Assembly (NCBI GenBank): GCA_000934665.2
Contig: KZ539092.1
Coordinates: forward strand, 1-33,678
Reading direction: 5' to 3'
Source of the DNA: Catajapyx aquilonaris
Lineage: Eukaryota
Length of the DNA: 33,678 nt
Positions 23,931 to 33,470 of this stretch are shown here, piece after piece. The notes below the pieces were generated by a model that had not been told where the DNA came from, searched no databases, and saw only the letters and a program-made list of their open reading frames with translations. The translations under genes were made by a program, and so were the position numbers. Numbering within the stretch: position 1 is the first letter of the stretch; every line of letters starts with the position of its first letter.

Positions 23931-25086
23931 ACTCCGTGGGCCCCTATTGAAAGAGAGGAAGATGGCGGCATGCAGGAACACACAGGGACTCTTTAATTCA
24001 ATGACTCTGTCCCTTCCGCAAAAGTGCTTCTCTCTGCTGGTCTTCGCTATACCTTCTCTCTGCTCCCTTCACCACAGACGTCAGGATTTCCAGATGAGAT
24101 GGAGCTTGTACACTGCTCGGTGGTTTATAGTAGAGATGTCAGGCGAGTAAGTGTCGTTAGTGATTATTTTGGCAACTGCTGGCCGCCATTTTGGGTTGGT
24201 TGTGGTGTACTGGAGCAGAATTTCCCAAATTAGATGTTGCTGTTAAAGGATGTATCGGGCTGTCAGATTTCAGGCCGTTTGACGGTGAGCAAATTAGCCG
24301 TCAGGTCGTTCATGGAATATTTTTCTGGGAATTTCACGGTAGAGTTAGACCTAGAGGGCAACATACTGTGTGATGATGCGCGAATGTACTCGCGACAGGC
24401 AATGGCTGTATCATATAGACCCTCTGGCTTTTCCGGGTTTACAAGGATGATTGGCATGATGAAAAGCATGAGTTGACTAGGCCTACGACCGATAGGAGTT
24501 CTTCCCAAGTATATCACGCAGATCCTTCCGTTTCAGAAAATATACGTAGCATACATGGTGCTGCACTGCCCAAGGGAACACCTAACTACCTAACAGGCCC
24601 TTAAGTAGGGGAGGGGGGCAGGTTGGGCTTAGCTCGAGCTATAGTAAAGTTTTCTTCCCGATCTACAGTATAAAATATTATGGAGAGGGAATTGGAATAA
24701 TAAATTTGTTTAAATTATTCGTCTCTGAACTTGAATAAGTACGCGCATTCTATTTTAGGAATTTCAATCCCCCTCTTTTACTAATGAACAAAGACAATTT
24801 GAGGATTACTGCGAGCTCACAACGCCACAGCTGGAGCGGGGGAGCTTAACGCTACCGAGTGATTACGCTTCTTCATATTGAAAATGCATTTTAGTACTAG
24901 CCTTGAACGTAAAAATGTCTGATTAAAATAAGCTTACAAATTTTTTGCCCGTATGCCCCTCCCAGCTTCTTGTCTGACTACGAACCTCCCCAACAATGGG
25001 CCGAGAGGAAACGTGTGGACACTTTCATCCATTCGAGGGATTTGCCAATAGCATTGCACATGCGCGCTGGAGCGAGTAGTTTATTA

Positions 25087-25128
25087 CTATTACTACTTAT
25101 AAACTATTACTACTTATAAACTATTACT
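25087..25128. repeat. 17-bp tandem repeat, ~2.5 copies
   Basis: CTATTACTACTTATAAA at 25087-103 and 25104-120, partial CTATTACT at 25121-28. Confidence 0.9.
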
Positions 25129-25567
25129 TTGGAGGTGTCTACTTAGGTGCGTACCGTTCTGTATAATTATGTACGCTAACTCACCCTTTTTCCAAAAGCA
25201 ACTTTCGATGTTAACAATATTTCCATGTGATATTGCAGCAAACTGCTGGGAGAAAATGAAATTGGTCATCATATTTCAAAGTGTATCAGTTATACCCTCT
25301 TTCTGCCCCATTAAAAATAAACTGATACTAAATCTTGTGTTGAATTCTCAAACTGAGGACCCCAAATGGCCTGGAGATGTATGAAATGGGGCCTTTGCCT
25401 TTGGGCGTCATCTTTGATATTGGATGAGAGAGGGCACCTGTGAAATGCCGTGAAATATGATGGCTAGTTAGCTATTTCATTTACATTTAGAAACTTGGTC
25501 ACAAGTCTTGTGGAATTTTCATTGCTATGGAAGAATATTATAGGGAAATACTGTAGTAGGCTATATA

Positions 25568-26151
25568 CAGGGTGTTTCAGAGTCACGGGCCAAGCACACG
25601 CGAGGGGGTGGGGGAAAATCGTAGGTGGCGACAACCCCGGTGTGTTTTATAAAACAATTGGGAATACGGGAGTAATCAATTTATTTATTACGGCCGTACG
25701 GCGTGACGTCACATCCTTTCTGTTCGAATTGACTGGCGCGGACTGGCAGGTGCAGTAGTGGGTTGAACCTGGTTGAACGGCTTTTTAGCCTTGCGGGTTG
25801 CACTGAAAAAGGCGCTCTCCTGCTATACGGGTAGGGTCCTGTGCAAAGTAGTGTACTACTGTGCAGTAGTGTGTACAGTACCCTGCCAGTATAGAAGGAG
25901 AGCGCCTTTTTCAGTGCAACCCGCAAGGCTAAAAAGCCGTTCAACCAGGTTCAACCCACTATACTGCACTTGCCAGTCCGCGCCAGTCAATTCGAACTGA
26001 AAGGATGTGACGTCACGCCGTACGGCCGTAATAAATAAATTGATTACTCCCGTATTTCTAATTGTTTTATAAAACACACCGGGGTTGTCGCCACCTACGA
26101 TTTTCCCCCACCCCCTCGCGTGCGCTTGACCCGTGACTCTGAAACACCCTG
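25568..26151. mobile_element. 584-bp near-perfect foldback MITE, Tc1/mariner-type (5'-CAGGGTGTTTCAGAGTCACGGG)
   Basis: TA TSD 25566-67 and 26152-53. The whole element is a palindrome centred near 25862 (ACTACTG-TG-CAGTAGT), with roughly ten arm differences. This explains the mirror ORFs 25495+/25856- and 25681-/25773+. Confidence 0.97.
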
Positions 26152-26182
26152 TAGATTGTTCAAAATATGGTGTACGTCGAAG

Positions 26183-26563
26183 CAGGCCCCGGTCACTCCC
26201 TATACCAGTGGTTTCCAACCTTTTACCAACTGCGACCCCCTAAACATGTTTCCATAAATGTACGAGCCCCCTTCCTCCCCTCCCCCCGTCCCTCCTACAA
26301 CTGCCCCCTTTCCAGAAAACATACACTCTGTACGGCCGCAAAAAGGGTTAAATTGACACAGAAATTGCAAAAAAAAGCAGTTGAACCAGGGCTCGCGACC
26401 CTGCCCGTGACCCCCCCTGGGGGTCGCGACCCACCGCACCGGTTGGAAACCACTGCCCTATACCAGTACATTGCTCCCCCCGTGAGCTTAGTTGATCTCC
26501 CCCACCAAGGGTGAGGGAGATCAACTAAGCTCACGCGAAAAGGGGGAGAGTGATTGGGGCCTG
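26183..26563. repeat. Older small foldback element that hosts the hAT MITE
   Basis: Outer arms CAGGCCCCGGTCACTC (26183-98) / GAGTGATTGGGGCCTG (26548-63). Inner perfect 21-bp stem CGTGAGCTTAGTTGATCTCCC (26481-501) / 26515-535. Confidence 0.7.
26206..26455. mobile_element. 250-bp hAT (Charlie/Buster-like) MITE
   Basis: Perfect 15-bp TIR CAGTGGTTTCCAACC / GGTTGGAAACCACTG. Perfect 8-bp TSD CCCTATAC at 26198-205 and 26456-463. Subterminal (C/T)GCGACCC repeats and a GGGTCGCGACCC palindrome, as in Charlie-type MITEs. Confidence 0.95.
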
Positions 26564-26814
26564 GTCGAAAGTTAGCAGTTTTCAAATGTGCAATATTACG
26601 AGATATTGTGCGACACAGCGTATACATGTTTAATATATTTATCAAACTTTCTATTGTCAGTTTAGAGTAAATGCAAAGGGCACTTATACAGTATTTGAGA
26701 GGTTTCATGAAACAAAAAACACGAGGGAGGTGGGAAGTTATTTTCTAGAGTCTAGACTTTAGAGCAACAACCTGGAATCCCACTTTGAGGGAACCCTTAT
26801 CTCCCTCATTTCCT

Positions 26815-26853
26815 TGGGTTTCACGAAACCATGTTTCATCGTGTAAACGCGGC
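26815..26853. mobile_element. Possible right end of a PIF/Harbinger-type MITE
   Basis: ...GTTTCATCGTGTAAACGCGGC + TTA (26854-56); reverse complement TAA-GCCGCGTTTACAC. Only a degenerate partner (CAGCGTATACATG, ~26616) is visible. Confidence 0.3.
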
Positions 26854-29109
26854 TTATTTTAGGAGTTTTACGACCATAGGCCCAAAAATACTTTGAGCAT
26901 CATGATATAGAGTCTCTTCCTCTAGTTACAAGCCACACAAGATGATGTAGGCACTAGTAGCCGTGGTAATTTTTCTAAAAAGTTATGTTACTAGGTTGTA
27001 TTACAAATAGGTTAATTGAGAGGTCCCCGGCATATAATAATTACATAGGCCTACATGTCCATTATTGGAAGTACATTTTATCAATTTAAAGGAACTGCTA
27101 TTGATAATCGTTGTAAGCGTATTATATATTAGCTGACAATGTAGCTTATCACTCTTCATTGTCCAGCGCAGAGGGGATCAGTACTTCATATATGTGAAAA
27201 ATAGAACCCCCCTATATGAATTCTGATAATCCTTTCGTGAATGCTGGCCTGTGTTTATGCCTCATTTAGAATGTTGATTCAACTATGAAAATTGTTCGAC
27301 CGTTTTGGATAGCAAATGGCAATTGCACCTGATGTAAGGTAGCTCAGCGTAGATTAATGCAATTTCTATTTTTGCCAATAATTTCGTAAAGCATGATTGA
27401 GAGCCGCGATTAATAATTATGAGTCGCTTTAATAGGGATGTCACGATGATTTATTGCTTTACAGCACATCATGGACTTCTCCAGTTTTATAAGAATAGTA
27501 GCGCTGATTCATAAGTGCTCATATGCCATGTGTGCACTTTAAACTACGTACATTAACTATTAGAAAGCAATATTATATGCGAGTAAATGTTGCATGGGTA
27601 TAGCGTTGAATTTGTGAATTGTGGACTGAATTATTTTAGTAGACCTAAGAGATTTTAAATTGGTAGACTTATCGTACAAATTTTAACTGTTTTATTAGGA
27701 TAACGTTGAAATAGACGTTCCTGATAAAGTAATTACGTACGGCACAGTATTATCGTGTCAAATATTTTAGGACAAGCATGTTCTGGCTTCTAAAACCATT
27801 ACCCCCCATTACCATTGTGACGCCCTTATTTGTCAGCTTGGTATTTCCCCACGTAGCCTAAGTGCACTGGTCCCGTTTCGGAGCACGTACCGTCGACACA
27901 CTGATGATGGCTGTCCAGCGCCAGGACTTTTTTTTTATTTTTTTAAACATGGAGGACGTGGGTCAGTGTAAATGGCAGTCATGTGCATAGATTCTATATC
28001 CAACATGAACTGACTCGTGCCAAACTCATTGTCACCCTCCACCGAATTTCCACAGTGCCGTTTGTTAAAGTTGATTTTAATTATCGCGTGCGAAGTTAAA
28101 ATTGATTTTCATGTTCCTTCATACAGTTTTCACTCAAAGCTCTCTGTTTCCTCATTCTTGAATTAGCTTACCAGTACCGGACATGCTTAAGCAAAATTAT
28201 GGGCTGAGAAATATGGTGTGCCCACGGGGCAAAATGTCTGGCAGAGAAAAGTTTAAGAGCAAAGGGATTCCTTTGCCAAAATTTATCTTTGGCAACATTG
28301 CCTGAAGAGGCGTCGTCATCACATTCGTCGATGGCACCAAGTCAACTGATTATTTACGACCCTTATCTCATGCGAGCGACTTGTCAGGTCCATTGAAAAG
28401 GCGCTAAGGGGACAATAGCCAAAGGGGCAGGCATTGGGGGGAAGACCTCAATGAAGCCTTCGAAAAGGAGCTATAACAGTTTTTAAAAAGGAATGGAAAA
28501 AAAAACACATTTTCCCTTCCTTTCAGAATCGACATTTCCGACTACCCTTGCTCATTATAAATCAGTTTTCCTCGTTATTTCAAAAGAGGCGAATTTTCTA
28601 CCACCTCGATTGCCAACACAATTTTATAGGTTTGAAACGAAATTAGGAACTGCGAGAGTTTGGAAACAGCTATGTGATGCCATTCTTTACCGAATCCTTA
28701 CTCAAATAGTCTTGGATTTAGGTCAATAAATACCTGCGTAGAGTTACATTTAAGGCACTGATTATACTTTCTTATTAATGGGACTCGGTAATTGAAAATT
28801 CACTTCCCCTTTGCAATCCCCCTAAATGGAATTTCGCTATGAGGTGCAACAATTTTCATACAAATTAAGTTACACTTAGGTCCTCTGGTGTAATATTCAG
28901 GAACTGCTTTTTATTTGCTGACAATGCAATTATTTTGTCTGTAGTCGCTCCTTTTTTGCTACTGTTCAACTCCTTTACAGTTACATTATTCAGTGATTGA
29001 AAATGGGAGCTTGCCATTCTTCTATATACAATCTATACTGCATAATGAACCTTTTGTTATTACATCTTACCTTCGTTAGAAAAATAGGTTTGACCCCTAT
29101 TGAAAACAT

Positions 29110-29570
29110 CCTGTTTTTACCAATTGAAACTGAAATGTGCAAATAGTCCACACGTACCATTTTATGGTGATTTTGCGAAAGCAGATGCGATCTCCGAGAA
29201 CTGCAATGGAGTTAGTTTGCAATATATCGTGGCAGGAGTAATTGTACGCCAGGGCCTTAATATACGGATGCATTCGTGCTTGGTGGTTATTTCAATGCAT
29301 TTGGTTTAAACTGCCAGCGAGACGGTATGAAAATGTCTGGAGCACCACGCGCGGGCGGTTTTGTGTAACGGCCACCGGGCCAACGGACTATAATATTTCG
29401 TAGCAACGTTCGGTCCGACAATAATTGAGGTTTGCAGCTTCTGCATATACAGCTACGTGTGCAGCGAAACCTAGAAAGTTTTGCAAAACGTGGTGTCCAG
29501 TCTCACCAGGATGATTATGAGAAAATAAATGGTGGGAGGAAAATACCCATGGAGGAGTATAAATTGCGTG
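29110..29570 (+). pseudogene. Decayed multi-zinc-finger + Myb-like remnant, locus K
   Basis: FYQLKLK-CAN[S>C]P (29136-47)...VSLQY...RM-HSC (29271-79); YS[Y>C]VCSET (29448-) / FAKRGVQSH (29480-506) QDD[Y>H]; then RKIP.EEYKL (29552-66). Confidence 0.4.
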
Positions 29571-31589
29571 GAAATATTGTTATTTTTTCTTGCCCAATTC
29601 GTAGATTGGTGCTGTCAGAATTCGTCTGGTTTGCTTCTGGACAGGTGCTCGTTATCTCCATCTGTCAATTAACGACGGCTGTGGGAAGTTGGGGGTGAAA
29701 AAAAAAATCATTTCCAGCATAGAACCCACTTATCTCGGTCTGCTTGTTCAGACAGGAGATAACACTCTTCGCTAATTTATTGGAGCGCGTGTTAGTGTCC
29801 TGAGGCTCAGGATATACGCAGCTTTTCAATTTTTTTGGTGTGTACCCCCGGAGGATTACTACCTAGGCGTAGGAGCCCTGGACACACAACCAGATAATTG
29901 TTGTGTCCGTTGCCTTATATAGATCTGACATGTTTAATGCTCATCCCTTTTTTTGAGAAAAATAGTGCGTTGGTGTTTCTTGAAAAACAGGGTTCCGAAA
30001 AGTTAAAACAAAAGCTGAGTCGAGTTTTTGTTGACTTCGTAATGTTCAGTTACGCTGTTAGATTTTGTCAGTTTAAATGTCAAACACAATGCTATTCCCC
30101 TGTGTTGATTTCCGCTGTATTAAATTATTATTATTATCTCGATTACGGTGCTGCCCGTCAGGTAATAAACTACAGAGCAATAAGTTAATTAGTATAAAGT
30201 TACACTGCATGTCATTTTCTCTGAGAGGTAGGACTCGGCTGACTTAATGCCACTGTGCAAATTTAGAAATGCCAGTGCTCCTGAGAATATTGAACTCTGT
30301 AGTTAATACCATCCGAGCATGTTGTCATAGGAACTGATCAGAACGCACTTGTACGTAATACGTCTGACGTCGAAGTGAGGAAGGAAAAAAATCTCAGTTA
30401 CTCTCAATTGGCTTTCTGATTTGATTACCATAAACCGATATAATACGGTAGTGGGTATTTTTATTATCACGTATGTGAGACTTATAATTTGAGAAAACAT
30501 ATACCATACTTTTTTTTTACAAAATGTTGATTATTTAGACCTGACAAAAAAACTACTTATACAATAAAACCGGGTAATGCCCCATATTGACACAGTGGCT
30601 TGTTTTTAATTGCATCATGCTATTAATCACTTATGATATATTGTAATACAGAGAGGGGAGCTATTTCATCAGGGTGCAATAAATATCTATTCAAGTGATC
30701 GTATCATGGAAGTACCCTTAACTCGCACAATATGAAGTATTTCTTGCACAATTTATTGTGAGTTTATAGCCTACCCACATGGCAAGTTTCTTAAAACAGC
30801 TCTCTTCAGTATTTCAAGCAGCACAAGTGGCAACGTGCCATTTGGCCCCATATAAAACATTGCCAAATCAAACACTTGATGGCCAAAATGACGCTGATTT
30901 CTAATCCGTAATCACTAGAAGAAACAAAACAGCATTACTCGTGCCCGTGTATGTGTATATGGCGTTGCAGACCACTACAGTGTTAAACAAAAATTGCTCT
31001 AGATTTTTTACTAGAGGAAAAAAAAAAACCATAATTCTCAGTGCTTTTTAAGCACCGGTTGTGGTTATGCTGGAGTTAGATACAGTCAGAATATGAAGAT
31101 CTATCTAGTGGCTACAACCCTAATTAAATAAGGATTTAAATGACATTGCAGCTGTAACAGCCATTTAGGTGAGAAGCAGACATACTTGAGTAGGATTATT
31201 CATACCTTAACCTAAAACACTTATTGTTAACGGAGCACTAACAATGTAGCAGCTCGGGAAGTGAATTACTGTAGATTACGACTCAGCAGGTTACTGCAGC
31301 TCTACAGACTACAGTTCTTTAAGTTAAGAGTATACTGTAACTCCTAGTTCTCCAAATAGGAAATAAGTAAATAAACAGGCTCACGACACATTATAGGACC
31401 CCACTGGAAGATACTTTTACAGTGTTACATCTATTCTTACATTACGACCTCTCTGCGCCATTGCTAGACACTCTGTCCCTCCTGTATAATTCTTCATAAA
31501 TTTTGCATTTTCACAAGTCTTTACTGGTCAAGGCTGCACACTCAGTATAACGTCACTAAACTATAGTACAGCCCCCAGCACGTTTGACC

Positions 31590-31830
31590 CACTCTCTTGT
31601 CTTGATGCGCTAGGGTTTTATTTACCTCTGTCTCCTTTCCACCCAAGTCCCTGGAAACCTGAGGGAAGAAGAATAATTTTGGATCAGTTTTCGCAATGGG
31701 AAGCCACCTGATAACACGGTCCCTGCTTCTTGGGTAAGTGGCTTATAAATCAGTTGTCGAGAGCACTCGTTTGGGGGAGTCTCTGAAAAACCCTCAGTTT
31801 TACAGAGCAGGAGACCGTAGATGAGGACTT
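31590..31830 (-). pseudogene. Decayed zinc-finger remnant, locus L
   Basis: VLIYGLLL-CKTEG[F>C]SET (31787-807); frameshift; FIS-HL-PKK[Q>H]G (31723-43)..QVASH-CEN[*>C]SKI (31684-98); later LAHQDK. Confidence 0.45.
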
Positions 31831-32103
31831 CTTGGCGTGCCTGTCATGTTAGGTCCGGGACCTATTTCTATTTCCAGGACTCCGGTCTTCTGCAGGTAAT
31901 GTGTTCGAATGGTTTGAACTTGGGTTTGAAACTCAAGGGAGTTATTAGGCTTTAGGAGGGCATACAACCTTTCCTTATTCAGGAATGAATTATTGTGTTG
32001 TGCTGTGTCTGAATCGTTATACTGTTGCAATGCTATGCGTTATGAAAGGTATTGCTTCAATTCGCTCTACTGTTGACGGCTTGTGCTCGTACACTTTAAT
32101 GTA

Positions 32104-32204
32104 CTATATTGCCCAAAAAGATAGAGACGATTTTGCATTTGACTCAAGTGCAACTTGCACTTGAATCAAATGCCAATCGTCTCTTATCTTTTTGAGCGAT
32201 ATAG
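32104..32204. mobile_element. 101-bp palindromic MITE, Tc1-type termini
   Basis: TA (32102-03) CTATATTGCCCAAAAAGATAGAGACGATTTTGCATTTGACTCAAGTGCAA-C-TTGCACTTGAATCAAATGCCAATCGTCTCTTATCTTTTTGAGCGATATAG TA (32205-06). Single-base spacer. Confidence 0.88.
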
Positions 32205-32635
32205 TACTTCTGCGGTCAGTGAGTCAAACAGTTTTGTGGTTGGGCTTGTGCCCCAGTGCATTCAATTTTATATAGCATGGTTGCAGGTAATTTTGAGCTA
32301 CCTTGTGGTAGTACTGCGTATTGAACTGCGGTCAAGAATATATTTATGTAATTACCGTACATACTGCATGTATTGCGTGTTTTAAAATGATTCCTTGTTA
32401 ACTACACTACAATATTGTTCTACTTAATTAATTCCAAGAACAAAAATTAATATAATAGCCAGCTGCAGGTTTTTTGTGATTACCAGGCCTGAAAATAAGT
32501 TAATTCTGAATTTGTTTTGTGAGTATCACATGCTTCATTTGTGCGTAAGATATTCATAAAAGATAGCCTATAGTACAAATATGTAAATTCCTGTCCTTTT
32601 ATATTCAGCAATAATAATGCCGCAATAGCATTATA

Positions 32636-33463
32636 CAGAGGACGTGCTTAGGCTCTCGGGGTATGCTGAAAGAGGTCATGGAAAACTGGTAATATGGCAT
32701 TAAATGAATATCGAACATTTATAATGAAAGCCTTTGACGATGTTGGAAACTCGTATCATACTGGTTTCTTTTATTCATCAGCACTGTCTCCGTCGTATTC
32801 CGTTTTCCCAGCATCGATGATTCTACCCTTTAAAATTATGCTTGAAATCGTGGCTGTTTATTACCAAGAAATGCTAATTAGTTTTAATATGCAAGGTGGT
32901 GCCAAATGTGCACAAACGTCTGAGGTTTAGGATTCTTGCAAGTGTATAAGACGAAATTGCCGAAATTGTTTTTGGTATTGCTGCTTTTTACGGAGGTAAT
33001 AGCGTCTAAGTTTCGATTCGATAACTGTATACACACTGGGGATAGGGCTCGTCCTGCTCTTCAGGCGACCCTCCAAACATCCCTGCTACACGGGTTCCCT
33101 GATATGCAGGATTAGCCCCATCACCAGCGTGCATGGCGTCGAAACTTAAGAATCTACAGTATTACGTATTTCCGCAATGAAATAGAAATCGTCAGCATCA
33201 ATAACGGTAATTCGCCGTAAAAATTCTAAGAAGCCTACATCCAGGAGGGAAGAGCACGTTTGGCATTAACTCGTATTGTAAAAATTGTGAAGACAATATG
33301 AAAACTAATCACGCATTAGTAACCTACGTTTTGTAAAGCCTTGAAAGGTAACTTTCGCTCTAATCCAAGTATGATAGGCTATATGCGGTGCAATAACCTC
33401 TCTGACGAAGATGTTGAGTGCGATATATCACTGACTACGCCTACGCCTATGCATATAATACTG
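32636..33463. mobile_element. Old, diverged long foldback element (ends tentative)
   Basis: Colinear inverted blocks: 33030-57 / 33106-33; TAAGTTTCGA 33007-16 / 33139-48; TAGGATTCTT / AAGAAGCCTA; TGCCAAATGTGC / GCACGTTTGGCA; ATTAGTTTTAATAT / ATATGAAAACTAAT; TATCATACT / AGTATGATA. Possible termini are TA-CAG (32634-38) and CTG-TA (33461-65). The core ~32860-33325 is firm. Confidence 0.6.
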
Positions 33464-33470
33464 TACATAT

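Noticed and set aside
26146..26160. miR-10-like ACCCTGTAGAT
   Set aside because: It is the MITE terminus plus TA TSD; the rest of miR-10 does not match.
28165..28305. Possible minus-strand exon (ttcag...gtaagc, one open frame)
   Set aside because: Peptide is unrecognisable, polypyrimidine tract is weak, and no partner exons were found.
32694..32930. RT motifs FIMKAFDDV and SSALSP
   Set aside because: The two motifs are only about a dozen residues apart, far closer than in real RTs; there is no YADD; and the region is an arm of the foldback element.
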